Source: an uncultured Clostridia bacterium (lineage in GTDB: Bacteria > Bacillota > Dehalobacteriia > UBA4068). Taken from it: a stretch of DNA of 64,000 nucleotides. The notes below the pieces were generated by a model, which saw nothing but the letters and a program-made list of their open reading frames with translations, was not told the DNA's origin and made no database searches. The stretch lies in the NCBI GenBank assembly GCA_944393575.1, contig CALYAP010000066.1:14300-78299 (forward strand). Direction: 5' to 3'. Position numbers and translations under genes: made by a program. Numbering within the stretch: the first letter of the stretch is position 1; each line of letters opens with the position of its first letter. Below are positions 9,443 to 20,560 of the stretch, piece by piece.

Positions 9443-11665
9443 ATGTCAGACAAGGGAACTTCTGTTATGGTGCTGTTTGCCGATATTATAATCAACCGCA
9501 AAACACCGGCTGTGGACCGGGTGTTTACTTATAACATTCCTGAGCAGATGAGTGATTCTGTGCAGGTGGGAATGTTGGTGCACGTTCCTTTCAACCGGGA
9601 AAAATTGGAAGGTGTAGTTGTCCGTCTGCATGACCAAAAGCCGGATTTTGCTACCAGAGATATTATCGATATTATCGGCGACCGTCCTTTGTTTAGCGAG
9701 CAGTTGTTAGCTCTTTCCCGCTGGATGGCTGAGTATTATCATTGTTCCTGGGCAACCGCCATGCAGGCCATGTTGCCGGCAGGGATGAATCTTTCCGGTA
9801 AAAAACCACGCGCGATTTATCATGATTATTATTCACTGGCGGACGGTTATCAGCAGGTAAGAAAGAGCGCCAAGCGTGAAAAATTGATCGCTCTACTGCT
9901 AGATCAGGGAGAGTTGGATGCTGTATCGCTACGTCAATATGGTTTTGATACCGCTTTTCTACGTGCTGCCCGACAGGCAGGGCTGATCGAAAAAGTCAGC
10001 CGTTCCGTGGCAGATGCGGATTATCCATTAGTACCAGCAGGCTTTAATGCTGAGCAAGAGGCTGTCTATAATTCGATCAATGCTGAGCGTAAAGAAGCTA
10101 ATCGCCCTTATCTGCTGCATGGAGTAACCGGCAGTGGCAAGACAGAGATTTATTTGCGGCTGATCGATGATGCCGCCCAAAGAGGACAGCAAAGTATCCT
10201 GCTGGTGCCGGAGATAGCTCTCTCTGCCCAGATGGTGGAAATGCTTTCCCGGCGTTTGGATTTGCCGATGGCATTGCTGCATAGCGGCCTTTTGCAGAGC
10301 GAGCGGCGCCGTATCTGGCAGGAAATAGCTGAGGGCAAGATCAGCGTAGTGATCGGCGCCCGCTCGGCAGTTTTTGCTCCTACGCCTAATTTAGGGCTGA
10401 TTATTATCGACGAAGAGCATGAGACTAGCTACAAGCAGGAGAACAATCCCCGTTTTCATGCGGTGACTACCGCCGCCAAACGGGCAGAACTCTCCGGTGC
10501 ACAGCTAGTGTTGGGGTCGGCTACTCCTTCAGTAGAAAGCTATTTTAAAGCTACCTGTGGCCAGTATGCTTTAGGTACTTTGCTGCGGCAATACTATCCT
10601 GCGCCAGAACCTGAGGTGCGCATTGTTGATATGCGTGAGGAATTGAAGCATGGTCATAAGCTGATTTTCTCGCGGGAATTATTGACAGATCTGGAACAGA
10701 CACTGGAGAATCATGGCCAGGCATTGCTGTTTTTGAACCGGCGGGGGTATTATAGCTTTGTTTCTTGCCGTGATTGTGGACAGAGCCTTACCTGCCCTCA
10801 TTGCGCTGTTGCCCTGTCATTTCACGATAATGGTCATGGCGGGTGGCTAAAATGCCATTATTGCGGATATATGATCAAGCCTCCGGAGGTCTGTCCTTCC
10901 TGTGGAAGCAAACATATTCGCCGCTTTGGCATTGGTACTCAGCGGGTGGCTGACGAAGCGAAGAGGCTTTTTCCTGCAGCGCGAGTCGCCAGATTAGACA
11001 GTGACGTGATGCAAAAGCGGGGAGAATATCAACGCATTTATGAGGCGATGCGCGGTGGAGAGATCGATATTCTTGTTGGTACGCAAATGGTGGCCAAGGG
11101 GCTGGATTTCCCTAATCTGCATTTGGCTGCTGTTATCGCTGCCGATACTATGCTTAATTTACCGGATTGGCGTGCCGGTGAGCGTACCTTTCAGTTGATC
11201 AGTCAGCTGATTGGCCGGGCCGGTAGAAGAAACAAACAAGGACTAGCAGTGGTTCAAACTTATATGCCAGAAGCCTTCCCCATTGTGACTGCTGCTGAAC
11301 GTGATTACCAACGTTTTTATCAAGCAGAGCTGTTATATCGGCAGATGCATGGCTATCCGCCATGTAATCATCTGCTGCGCCTGTTATTCACTGCCCGGGA
11401 TCAGGGTGCCTTGGTAGAGGCTTGCCAAAGTTATCACTATTATTTACAACAGCAGCTAACTGATGATGGGGAAATTTGCGGTCCGGCAGAAGCGCCTTAT
11501 GCAAGAATAAAGGATCGTTGGCGGCGACAAATTATGATTAAGACTACAGATGTTCATTTCAGTGCTCAGGCGGCAGAAACTGCCTGGCAAACCATGCAGC
11601 AGGAAGAGCATTTGCCGCCAGACATCATGTTTAGTATCGATATCGATCCCATGAGCGCCTTTTAG
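9443..11665 (+). CDS. priA: primosomal protein N' (replication restart helicase)
   Basis: DEAH helicase core. Cys4 zinc-binding pairs CPHC...CHYC...CPSC. The alternative start at 9467 (MVLF) has a better SD. Confidence 0.9.
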   Translation: MSDKGTSVMVLFADIIINRKTPAVDRVFTYNIPEQMSDSVQVGMLVHVPFNREKLEGVVVRLHDQKPDFATRDIIDIIGDRPLFSEQLLALSRWMAEYYHCSWATAMQAMLPAGMNLSGKKPRAIYHDYYSLADGYQQVRKSAKREKLIALLLDQGELDAVSLRQYGFDTAFLRAARQAGLIEKVSRSVADADYPLVPAGFNAEQEAVYNSINAERKEANRPYLLHGVTGSGKTEIYLRLIDDAAQRGQQSILLVPEIALSAQMVEMLSRRLDLPMALLHSGLLQSERRRIWQEIAEGKISVVIGARSAVFAPTPNLGLIIIDEEHETSYKQENNPRFHAVTTAAKRAELSGAQLVLGSATPSVESYFKATCGQYALGTLLRQYYPAPEPEVRIVDMREELKHGHKLIFSRELLTDLEQTLENHGQALLFLNRRGYYSFVSCRDCGQSLTCPHCAVALSFHDNGHGGWLKCHYCGYMIKPPEVCPSCGSKHIRRFGIGTQRVADEAKRLFPAARVARLDSDVMQKRGEYQRIYEAMRGGEIDILVGTQMVAKGLDFPNLHLAAVIAADTMLNLPDWRAGERTFQLISQLIGRAGRRNKQGLAVVQTYMPEAFPIVTAAERDYQRFYQAELLYRQMHGYPPCNHLLRLLFTARDQGALVEACQSYHYYLQQQLTDDGEICGPAEAPYARIKDRWRRQIMIKTTDVHFSAQAAETAWQTMQQEEHLPPDIMFSIDIDPMSAF

Positions 11666-11750
11666 CTGCCACAGCTGGACTATTAAATAAAAATAGAGTA
11701 TAATATTATATTAACTAATATTTTATTTTTAAAATGAGCAGGAGGTTAGT

Positions 11751-12239
11751 ATGGCAGAAATTAGAAGGATTATCACCGAGGAAGATCCCCTGTTGCGGGA
11801 GCAATCAGTGGAGGTGCATCGCTTCGGTTCATCATTGCATAAATTATTGGATGATATGAAAGTGACCATGTATCATGCCGATGGAGTTGGTTTAGCAGCT
11901 CCACAAGTGGGTATCTTAAAACAAGTGGTGGTTATCGATGACCGCGAGCATGATTATATCGAGCTGGTTAATCCCGTCATCACTGAGATGAAGGGTTCCA
12001 TCCAATCAACAGAATTTTGCCTTTCTGTTCCTGACCGTGGTGGCAGGGTCAAACGTGCCAGACATATCAAGGTTACTGCTCAGGATAGAAATGGTAACAC
12101 TTTCAATTATAATGTGTCTGGACAGCTGGCGATTATCTTCCAGCATGAGATAGACCACTTACATGGTATCCTCTTCACTGATGTAATGAGCGAAGAGGTC
12201 AGCCGTGAGCAAGCTCTGCGTGAAGCAGAGGAAGACTAG
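11751..12239 (+). CDS. def: peptide deformylase
   Basis: Motifs GVGLAAPQ, LSVP, QHEIDHL. Confidence 0.95.
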   Translation: MAEIRRIITEEDPLLREQSVEVHRFGSSLHKLLDDMKVTMYHADGVGLAAPQVGILKQVVVIDDREHDYIELVNPVITEMKGSIQSTEFCLSVPDRGGRVKRARHIKVTAQDRNGNTFNYNVSGQLAIIFQHEIDHLHGILFTDVMSEEVSREQALREAEED

Positions 12240-12256
12240 TGAAGAAAGGGTAATTT

Positions 12257-13180
12257 ATGCGCATAGTTTTTCTTGGCAGTCCTGATTTTGCCACTATTCC
12301 CCTGCGTAAAATGGTAGATGCAGGATATGAAGTGGCGGGTGTTTTTAGCCAACCAGACCGTCCCCGGGGTAAAAGGGGAAAAGAGCTTAAGCCTACTCCA
12401 GTCAAAGAAGCGGCATTGACAATGGGGCTTCCGGTCTATACCCCGATGAAGCTTAACACCCCAGAGGCGATAGCTGAATTAAGAGCATTGAAGCCTGATC
12501 TGCTGGTAGTAGTCGCTTATGGGCAGATCCTCAACGAAGAAGTTTTGCAGACAGCTTCGCTCGGTGCGATCAATATTCATGCTTCACTGTTACCTTTTTA
12601 TCGCGGTGCGGCGCCTATTCAGCGGGCATTGATGAATGGTGAGCATGAAAGCGGTGTTACTATTATGTATTTGGATAAAGGCATGGATACTGGGGACATG
12701 ATCCTGCGCCAAAGTTTGCCGCTGGATGATAATGAGACTTTTGGCACCCTTCATGATAAGCTTTGTGAGCTTGGTGCCAACTTATTGCTGGAGGCCTTGC
12801 CATTGATTGAGGCGAGTACTGCCCCAAGGACTGCTCAGAATCATGACCTAGCCACCTATGCGCCTAAGCTTAGCCGAGAAGAAGAACTGATTAAGTGGGA
12901 TGCTCCAGCTTTTCAGGTTCATAATCTGATTCGTGCTTTGGACCCGGTTCCCGGAGCATATACTCTTTTTCGCAATAAGCGGTTAAAGCTTTTTGGTAGT
13001 TCTTTGGGGCAGGGACAAGGCGAGCCGGGAGAGCTGCTGCAGATCACTGCTGATGCGCTTGAGATCGCTTGTCAGGAGGGTTCTGTTTGGATAACTATGG
13101 TGCAACCAGAAGGAAAAGCTAGAATGTCAGTCGCTGATTTTGTTAGAGGATATCAAATACAAATTGGAGGTAAGTTTTAG
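12257..13180 (+). CDS. fmt: methionyl-tRNA formyltransferase
   Basis: Formyl-transferase N-domain (IVFLGSPDFA, HASLLP) plus C-domain. Sits downstream of def. Confidence 0.95.
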   Translation: MRIVFLGSPDFATIPLRKMVDAGYEVAGVFSQPDRPRGKRGKELKPTPVKEAALTMGLPVYTPMKLNTPEAIAELRALKPDLLVVVAYGQILNEEVLQTASLGAINIHASLLPFYRGAAPIQRALMNGEHESGVTIMYLDKGMDTGDMILRQSLPLDDNETFGTLHDKLCELGANLLLEALPLIEASTAPRTAQNHDLATYAPKLSREEELIKWDAPAFQVHNLIRALDPVPGAYTLFRNKRLKLFGSSLGQGQGEPGELLQITADALEIACQEGSVWITMVQPEGKARMSVADFVRGYQIQIGGKF

Positions 13181-13870
13181 ATGCCGATAATGTTTTTTGA
13201 CTGGACGATGATTCTTTTAATTCCTGCATTGATTCTTACGATATATGCACAGGCAAAAGTTTCTTCGACTTATAAAAAATATTCTCATGTGCGGGCGCGT
13301 TCAGGAATTGCTGCTTGCGATATGGCGCGTCAAATGCTCGATTATAATGGGTTGAGTAACGTGAAAGTAGAGCAGGTGCGGGGTAACCTAACTGATCATT
13401 ATGACCCAAGAACTAAAGTTTTGCGCTTATCAGAGGCTACCTATCATAGTACTTCTGTTGCAGCTTTGGGTGTGGCGGCCCACGAGGCTGGCCACGCCAT
13501 GCAGGACAAGGAAGCATATGCCCCGCTTAAAATTCGTAATGCCTTAGTGCCGATAGCCAATATCGGTTCTTCCGCATCCTGGATCCTGATTATCCTGGGA
13601 ATAGTATTTAGTACCTTTAATCTGATTACTATCGGTATCATTTGTTTCGCTGCTGTAGTTGTTTTCCAGCTAGTTACTTTGCCGGTGGAGTTCAATGCTT
13701 CTAACCGTGCTTTGGTAGCTCTGGAGGGCGGAGGCTTTTTGGAAGCAGATGAGGTGCAACAGACTAATAAAGTACTGCGCGCCGCAGCATTGACTTATGT
13801 TGCTGCTGCCTTGACCGCTATTTTGCAATTATTGCGTTTGCTGATATTGTTTGGCGATAGGAGAGAATAG
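13181..13870 (+). CDS. membrane zinc metallopeptidase (Zn_peptidase_2 family)
   Basis: HEAGHAMQ zinc motif and C-terminal TM helices. ATG directly abuts the fmt stop. Confidence 0.8.
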   Translation: MPIMFFDWTMILLIPALILTIYAQAKVSSTYKKYSHVRARSGIAACDMARQMLDYNGLSNVKVEQVRGNLTDHYDPRTKVLRLSEATYHSTSVAALGVAAHEAGHAMQDKEAYAPLKIRNALVPIANIGSSASWILIILGIVFSTFNLITIGIICFAAVVVFQLVTLPVEFNASNRALVALEGGGFLEADEVQQTNKVLRAAALTYVAAALTAILQLLRLLILFGDRRE

Positions 13871-13872
13871 GC

Positions 13873-15246
13873 ATGGCGAGCAAGCAGCCGAAATTGGGCG
13901 CACGTAATTTGGCCTATTTGGCATTATGTCAGATAGAGAAAGATGGCGCCTATGCCAATATTGCACTCAAACAGGTGCTGAACCAATACCACCCGCAGCC
14001 ACGGGAGGGACGTCTGGCTGCGGAATTGGTCTATGGCACTACCAGAATGCGCTTGGCTTTAGATCATATCTTAAAACAATTTCTCAATAAACCTTTGGAA
14101 GAATTGATGCCGGAGCTGAAGATTATCCTCCGGCTCAGTCTTTATCAGCTGCATTATTTGCAAGTGGAGCCATATGCCGCAGTCAATGAAGGGGTTAGCA
14201 TGACCAAAAAATATGCCTCTCCCCGTTTGGCTGGTTTGGCCAATGCTGTTCTGCGTAATTATTTGCGTTCTGATCGGGGCAAGCTTTTGCCTACAAAAGA
14301 TGATGATTTGCGCCAATATTTACATCTGGCCTTATCCTTTCCCGAGTGGCTGGTAGATTATCTTTTAGTTCATTTTTCTCCACAAGAGGCAGAGGCTTTT
14401 TGTCTGCATGCCAATCAGCACCATGGCATAGCCATCCGTACCAACACGCTAAAAGTGCAGCGTGATGAGCTGGTTGAGCTATTGGCTGCAGAAGAGATAA
14501 CGGCTGAGCTAGCTGGTTTTGCCCCAGAAACATTGCTGCTTTCTGGAGGTGTTGGTAATTTATCTGCGCTGGATCTATTTCAGAAGGGGTATTTTGCTGT
14601 ACAGGGGCAATCTTCGCAGTTGGTTGGACATGCCCTATCTCCACGGCCTGGTAGCCGAGTGTTGGATCTTTGTGCTGCCCCAGGCGGCAAAACTACGCAT
14701 TTGGCAGCCCTCATGGGCAACCAAGGCGAGATCCATGCCTTTGATCTCCACCCCCATAAATTAGGATTGATTGAGGATAATGCCAGGAGACTGGGGATTG
14801 ATATTATTACTGCCGCTGCTGCAGATAGTAGGCATTTGCCTGAATCTTACCAGCAAACAGCGGACTACATTTTGCTAGATGCCCCTTGTAGTGGCTTGGG
14901 CGTCCTAGCGGCGCGTAGTGATAGCCGTTTCCGTAAAGAAATCACTAATATTGATGCTTTGGCTCAACTTTCCTATCAGTTATTAGCCGCAGCGGCTACT
15001 TATTTGCGTCCAGGAGGCCGATTATGTTATTCGACCTGTACGATAACGGAAGAAGAAAACGCTGCCAATATCCGCCGTTTTTTAGCGGAACATACTGATT
15101 TTACTTTAGTCCCTCTTGAGGGGCTGATTCCGCTGATGCCGGAGAAAAGGGGCCGTTTAGCTACAGGCGAGATCCAGTTGCTGCCTTTTGATAATGATCA
15201 TGATTTGGAAGGATTTTATATTGCTTTATTGGAGAAACAGAAATGA
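13873..15246 (+). CDS. rsmB: 16S rRNA (cytosine967-C5)-methyltransferase
   Basis: NusB-like N-domain plus SAM MTase (DLCAAPGGKT, DAPCSG). Confidence 0.9.
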   Translation: MASKQPKLGARNLAYLALCQIEKDGAYANIALKQVLNQYHPQPREGRLAAELVYGTTRMRLALDHILKQFLNKPLEELMPELKIILRLSLYQLHYLQVEPYAAVNEGVSMTKKYASPRLAGLANAVLRNYLRSDRGKLLPTKDDDLRQYLHLALSFPEWLVDYLLVHFSPQEAEAFCLHANQHHGIAIRTNTLKVQRDELVELLAAEEITAELAGFAPETLLLSGGVGNLSALDLFQKGYFAVQGQSSQLVGHALSPRPGSRVLDLCAAPGGKTTHLAALMGNQGEIHAFDLHPHKLGLIEDNARRLGIDIITAAAADSRHLPESYQQTADYILLDAPCSGLGVLAARSDSRFRKEITNIDALAQLSYQLLAAAATYLRPGGRLCYSTCTITEEENAANIRRFLAEHTDFTLVPLEGLIPLMPEKRGRLATGEIQLLPFDNDHDLEGFYIALLEKQK

Positions 15247-16298
15247 GTGGAATAGACCTACGTGGTTTAAACAAAAGCGAATTGGCTGAATATATTAAAA
15301 GCATCGGAGAGCCGGCCTATCGAGCCAAGCAGTTGTTCCGCCATATTCAGAAGCATGGGGCTGATGATTTTCAGTCCATGAGCGATCTCCCCGAATCATT
15401 GCGCTCTTATCTGTCGGAGAATACCTCACTAGTGATGCCTAAAATCATTGATCAGCAGACTTCTGCTGCTGAGGATACGGTGAAACTGCTGTTAGAGCTG
15501 GCAGATGGCGAGAGAATTGAGATGGTGCTGATGCTCTATGAGCGTTGGCAAGCTCATAACCGTGCTACCTGTTGTGTCAGCAGCCAGAGTGGCTGTGCGA
15601 TGAATTGCCGCTTTTGTGCTACTGCGCTTCATGAGCATTTCCGCAATTTGACAGCAGGAGAGATCGTTGCTCAGGTGCAGATAGCTGATAAATTGGCCTA
15701 TGACATGGGTTTTGCTGGTATCACTAATATTGTCTATATGGGCATGGGCGAACCCCTGGCCAATTTGGACGCAGTAAAGAAATCCCTGGAACTTCTCAAT
15801 GATGAAGATGGTATGAATATCGGGATGAGGAGAATCACCATTTCTACCTGTGGGATAGTCCCTAAAATCAGGGAAATGGCCTTATGGGGATATCAGATCG
15901 GTCTGGCTGTTTCCTTGCATGCTGCTGATCAGCAGCTGCGTCAGAAGCTGATGCCGGGTGCGGCGCATTATTCTTTGGATGAACTGCTTGATGCCTGTAA
16001 ATACTACCGGGAAAAGAGTGGCCGGCGGGTTACTGCTGAGTATGCCCTGTTTGCCGGGATCAATGATCAGCCGTCAGATGCAGCAAAACTAGCCAATTTA
16101 TTGACAGAAAGCGATATTCTTGTTAATATTATACCTGCAAACCCTCTTCCTGAAGCTGGTATCCAACCACCAGAGGAGGCGGTTATTAATAACTTTTGCC
16201 ATCTCCTGGAAGAAAAAGGTCTTAATGTTCAACTACGGCGCAAACGTGGCGCAGATATACAGGCTGCCTGTGGTCAATTACGGAGAAGGCAAGCATAG
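15243..16298 (+). CDS. rlmN: 23S rRNA/tRNA (adenine-C2)-methyltransferase, radical SAM
   Basis: CAMNCRFCAT radical SAM motif. 4-nt overlap with rsmB. Confidence 0.95.
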   Translation: MSGIDLRGLNKSELAEYIKSIGEPAYRAKQLFRHIQKHGADDFQSMSDLPESLRSYLSENTSLVMPKIIDQQTSAAEDTVKLLLELADGERIEMVLMLYERWQAHNRATCCVSSQSGCAMNCRFCATALHEHFRNLTAGEIVAQVQIADKLAYDMGFAGITNIVYMGMGEPLANLDAVKKSLELLNDEDGMNIGMRRITISTCGIVPKIREMALWGYQIGLAVSLHAADQQLRQKLMPGAAHYSLDELLDACKYYREKSGRRVTAEYALFAGINDQPSDAAKLANLLTESDILVNIIPANPLPEAGIQPPEEAVINNFCHLLEEKGLNVQLRRKRGADIQAACGQLRRRQA

Positions 16299-16379
16299 TC
16301 TAATCAGTTGTAAAGAGAATATAGTTATTGACGCTTAATTAGTGATATAAGCTTTGAGGCATATAAGCCGGGAGGCACA

Positions 16380-17087
16380 ATGCGAGCAGAATTTCTTTCC
16401 CATGTGGGAGCTGTTAGAGAAAATAATGAAGATGCAATATACTGTGATGTCAAAAGCGGTGTTTTTGTAGTAGCTGATGGCATTGGCGGTAAAGAGGCAG
16501 GGGAAATAGCATCTGCTACTGCGGTACGCGTGGTGGCGGAAAAATCATGGGAGGATCCTGATGCCGAGCCTGCTGTGATGTTGCGAGAGGCCTTTTATGA
16601 GGCGAATAACTTCATTTATAATAGAGGAAAAGAACCAGGCATGGCAGGGATGGGAACAACCATGACTGCCGCGGTGATTAGGGGAAATAAAATCACCATA
16701 GTGCATGTCGGAGACAGCCGGGCATATCTTATAAATAAGAAAAGCATCCGGCAGCTTACCGAGGATCATTCTTTGGTCGCTCAGCTGGTGAAGGATGGTC
16801 AGATTAAACCAGAAGAAGCCCGCCATCATCCACGGAGGAATATCTTGCTGCGAGCGATAGGGCAGGAAGCTTTAGTCGAGGTGGACCTCGTGGAGGCAGA
16901 ATGGCATAAAGGCGATTACCTGCTTTTATGCACAGATGGGTTGTTTAATCTGGTGTTAGAAGAAGAGATGCAAGATATTACCATGCGGGTCGCTGAACTG
17001 AAAACAGCGGTGGAATTTCTTGCAGAGACTGCCTTTAACCGGGGTGGTTATGATAATATTTCACTAGTTTTGGTTGCCCATGATTAA
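16380..17087 (+). CDS. stp: PP2C-family Ser/Thr protein phosphatase
   Basis: Motifs VADGIGG, TTMTAA, DGL. Precedes the kinase gene. Confidence 0.9.
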   Translation: MRAEFLSHVGAVRENNEDAIYCDVKSGVFVVADGIGGKEAGEIASATAVRVVAEKSWEDPDAEPAVMLREAFYEANNFIYNRGKEPGMAGMGTTMTAAVIRGNKITIVHVGDSRAYLINKKSIRQLTEDHSLVAQLVKDGQIKPEEARHHPRRNILLRAIGQEALVEVDLVEAEWHKGDYLLLCTDGLFNLVLEEEMQDITMRVAELKTAVEFLAETAFNRGGYDNISLVLVAHD

Positions 17088-17102
17088 TGATGAGGTGTTT
17101 AA

Positions 17103-18983
17103 ATGATAGGAAAAATTTTTAACAACCGCTATAAAATCATTGAGAAGCTTGGCAGTGGCGGTACCTCCATTGTTTACCGTGGACAGGATTTGTTGCTGAA
17201 CCGGATGGTAACAGTCAAAATCCTTCGCGAAGAGTATGCCAGCAATGCGGATTTTGTGCGTCGTTTTCGCCATGAGGCGCAGGCGGTTGCTAGCCTTTCG
17301 CATAGTAATATTGTGGCAGTATATGATGTTGGCTTTGAAGAAAACATGCATTATATTGTCATGGAGTTTGTCGAAGGGGAGAGTCTGAAAGAGTATATCC
17401 GCCGCAAAGGAGCCATTCCTGTACCTGAAGCCTGTAATATCATTACTCAGATCTTAGCAGGTGTTCAGCACGCTCATGAGCATGGAATTATTCATCGCGA
17501 TCTGAAATCGCATAATATTTTACTGTCCAAAGACGGCCGTGCCAAAGTTACTGACTTTGGTATTGCGGTGGGGATGAGCGATGTCACCCTTACATATAAT
17601 ACCTCCAGCCGTATCATGGGTTCTGTGCATTATATCTCTCCTGAACAGGTTCAGGGGCAAGCTGTGACGGAGAAATCAGATATTTATTCAGTCGGCGTGA
17701 TTTTTTATGAGATGCTCACTGGCCGTCTGCCTTTCTTGGGCGAGACGCCGATTTCCATCGCTATGCAACATGTCCAAGGTGAGCTGATCCTGCCGCATCA
17801 AATTAATCCGAAAGTACCGATGGGTATTTCTTATGTGGTAATGCGGGCTATGCGTAAAAACCCAGACGCCCGCTATGATAGTGCCGAGGATATGGCTAAG
17901 GCTGTTCGAGCAGCTTATAGCGGTGAAAGTGTTGACTCCGAGGAGGTCGTTCCTACCTTTGAGGAAGGCGAGCAGATCAATAAGGTTATCCCTAAGAATA
18001 CCAAACGGAATGAGGAAGCAACAGGAAAGAAAGGTCTTTTTGCGAAAGGTAAATTGAATACCCCCCGCTTGGTGCTTCTTATCGCCGGGGTTGTAGTGCT
18101 AATTGCTTTGATCGTGGTAGGAATAAGATTTTTGACTATCATGGGCCCGGGCAGTCCTGCAGTTATGCCCCAAGTAGTAGGCTTATCACTCAGTGATGCT
18201 GAAAGTAGGTTGGCAGAAGAAGAACTGGTAGCCGATGTGACTTATGTCGATAGTACTGAAGAAGCCGATACTGTTATCGGCCAGGATATTGCTGAAGGTG
18301 AAGAAGTAGAACGCGGTAGTTCTGTTGGTCTCACTGTTAGCAACGGCATCAGTGGTCCTGAAATGCCTGATCTAATCGGGGTAACCAGGAGGATAGCTGA
18401 ATTAACTTTGGCTAATCGTGGCATTACTGCTACTATAACAGAAGAATATGATGATGAAGTACCAGTGAACGAAGTCATCTATCAGTATCCTGTGGAAGGT
18501 ACTATTATTACTGAGAATACTGCGGTTGAGCTGATCATCTCCTTGGGACCGGAGCCAGAAGATATCTTTATGCCGAATTTACTGGGTAAAACCCTTGAGG
18601 AAGCTCGGCCAATCATTGAGGAATATCAGCTGGATGTAGTGGAGACAAAATATGCTTCCAGTACTGAATATTATGAAGGACAGATCTGTGAACAGAGTAT
18701 CCAGCCTAATGCTTCGACCCAAACGGGAGTAGAGATCACGATAACTGTCAGTGAAGGGCCAGGACCACAGGCTAAGAATCATACAGCATATTATATGGTA
18801 CCGGATGATGGCGAGACCCATGAGGTAGTAATTGAAGTAGTTGATAGCAATGGTACCCGCCAGGTTTATAATGAGGAGCATGACCCTGGGACTTTTGTTG
18901 ATTATACTTTTGAGTATTATGGAACAGGCTCAATGAATATTCTCCTCGATGGCATGGTAGTAGATAATGAGGCGTTAGAGTGA
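17103..18983 (+). CDS. prkC: Ser/Thr protein kinase with extracellular PASTA repeats
   Basis: Hanks kinase motifs HRDLKSHN, DFG, SPEQ. One TM helix. Three PASTA repeats plus a C-terminal domain. Confidence 0.9.
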   Translation: MIGKIFNNRYKIIEKLGSGGTSIVYRGQDLLLNRMVTVKILREEYASNADFVRRFRHEAQAVASLSHSNIVAVYDVGFEENMHYIVMEFVEGESLKEYIRRKGAIPVPEACNIITQILAGVQHAHEHGIIHRDLKSHNILLSKDGRAKVTDFGIAVGMSDVTLTYNTSSRIMGSVHYISPEQVQGQAVTEKSDIYSVGVIFYEMLTGRLPFLGETPISIAMQHVQGELILPHQINPKVPMGISYVVMRAMRKNPDARYDSAEDMAKAVRAAYSGESVDSEEVVPTFEEGEQINKVIPKNTKRNEEATGKKGLFAKGKLNTPRLVLLIAGVVVLIALIVVGIRFLTIMGPGSPAVMPQVVGLSLSDAESRLAEEELVADVTYVDSTEEADTVIGQDIAEGEEVERGSSVGLTVSNGISGPEMPDLIGVTRRIAELTLANRGITATITEEYDDEVPVNEVIYQYPVEGTIITENTAVELIISLGPEPEDIFMPNLLGKTLEEARPIIEEYQLDVVETKYASSTEYYEGQICEQSIQPNASTQTGVEITITVSEGPGPQAKNHTAYYMVPDDGETHEVVIEVVDSNGTRQVYNEEHDPGTFVDYTFEYYGTGSMNILLDGMVVDNEALE

Positions 18984-19882
18984 TGGAAAAACAGCAGGGC
19001 ATGGTCGTCTCTGGCTATGGCGGATTCTATCAGATCCGCCTGCCGGACGGACAGATTGTCAACTGTAAACCGCGCGGTCGTTTGAAAAAAACTTTTAGCA
19101 AAATTTATGTAGGAGACCGGGTAGCCATTTCCTTTCTGCCTGATGGTTCAGGTATGATCGAGGATATCCATCAGCGCCGCAATTTTCTGCCCAGGCCCAA
19201 TATTGTTAATGTTGATCAGATTTTGATTGTTTTAGCTTGGCGGATGCCAGCTTATGATTTATTGCTGCTGGATAGAATGTTAGTCATTGCTCAGAAGGCA
19301 GCTATTCAGCCTTTGATTTGTTTCAATAAGATCGACCTTTTGGACGATAATATATCCCAATACCAAAAGATCAAAGATGCATATACGCGCGCTGGCTTTT
19401 CTGTATTTGCTGTTTCGGCTACTCAGAATACAGGTATGGATGAGCTGCGCGCTGCTCTTTCTCATGGAACAACCGTGATGGCCGGTCAAAGTGGTGTAGG
19501 CAAGTCAAGCCTTTTGAATCGGCTGCTTCCAGAGGAGAATGCTGAGGTTGGTGATGTTAGCGAGCGCCTCCGCCGCGGCCGTCATACGACCCGTTATACG
19601 CGAATACTCCAGTTGCCGGATAGTAATGATGGCTTTATCGCTGATACGCCAGGTTTTTTTATTATTGAATTGCCGGCAGATTTTACTGCAGAGGAATTAG
19701 CTCAATACTATCCGGAGTTTGCTACTGCTGCTCCGTGCCGTTTTGAAAGCTGCCTGCATCACCGGGAACCGGATTGTGGAGTAAAAGAAGCTGTTGCTGC
19801 CGGGGAGATCGACCAAGATCGTTATCAGCGTTATTTGCGTTTATTGTCTGAAATACAGGAGAGAGAGGTTCAATATCGATGA
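18980..19882 (+). CDS. rsgA: ribosome small-subunit-dependent GTPase A
   Basis: OB domain, circularly permuted GTPase (GQSGVGKSSL), and a C-terminal Zn knuckle CRF..C..H..C. Confidence 0.9.
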   Translation: MMEKQQGMVVSGYGGFYQIRLPDGQIVNCKPRGRLKKTFSKIYVGDRVAISFLPDGSGMIEDIHQRRNFLPRPNIVNVDQILIVLAWRMPAYDLLLLDRMLVIAQKAAIQPLICFNKIDLLDDNISQYQKIKDAYTRAGFSVFAVSATQNTGMDELRAALSHGTTVMAGQSGVGKSSLLNRLLPEENAEVGDVSERLRRGRHTTRYTRILQLPDSNDGFIADTPGFFIIELPADFTAEELAQYYPEFATAAPCRFESCLHHREPDCGVKEAVAAGEIDQDRYQRYLRLLSEIQEREVQYR

Positions 19883-20538
19883 AAAAGATAGCACCTTCCT
19901 TTTTAGCCGCTGATATTTGGCAGGCTGCAAATCAAGTCGCAGCAGTTGAACAGGCTGGCTGTGAATATCTCCATTTAGATATTATGGATGGGCATTTTGT
20001 GCCTAATATCAGCTTTGGTCCCGGGTTAGTCAAATGTTTGCGTCCCCATAGCAAAATGGTTTTTGATACTCATTTGATGGTAGAAGATCCGGATTTCTTT
20101 TTTGAGGATTTTGCAGCAGCCGGAGCAGATATTATTACCGTGCATGCTGAGGCTTGCCGCCACCTAGACCGCAGTCTCCACCGTATTCATGACCTGGGAT
20201 TACAAGCGGGGGTGGTTTTAAACCCGGCGACTCCTCTATGTATGATAGAAGAGGTACTGCCTCTCTGTGAATTGGTTCTTTTAATGAGCGTAAACCCAGG
20301 TTTTGGCGGACAGAAGTTTATCACCAATACCATACCGCGTTTGCAGAAGCTATCCCAAATGCGCAACGACCGGGGATTATCTTTCCTAATTGAAGTGGAT
20401 GGTGGCGTTGATACCACTAATATTAAAGAAATTGCTTCTGCTGGAGCTGATCTGCTAGTAGCTGGTTCTGCTGTTTTTGGCAAAGATGATCCTAGCGCTG
20501 CTTATCAGGAGTTAGCGCGGTTAGCAAATCAACGATAA
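19879..20538 (+). CDS. rpe: ribulose-phosphate 3-epimerase
   Basis: TIM-barrel motifs LHLDIMDGHFVPN, VDGG. Confidence 0.95.
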   Translation: MKKIAPSFLAADIWQAANQVAAVEQAGCEYLHLDIMDGHFVPNISFGPGLVKCLRPHSKMVFDTHLMVEDPDFFFEDFAAAGADIITVHAEACRHLDRSLHRIHDLGLQAGVVLNPATPLCMIEEVLPLCELVLLMSVNPGFGGQKFITNTIPRLQKLSQMRNDRGLSFLIEVDGGVDTTNIKEIASAGADLLVAGSAVFGKDDPSAAYQELARLANQR

Positions 20539-20560
20539 GCTAATGATAGGCAAAAGGAGT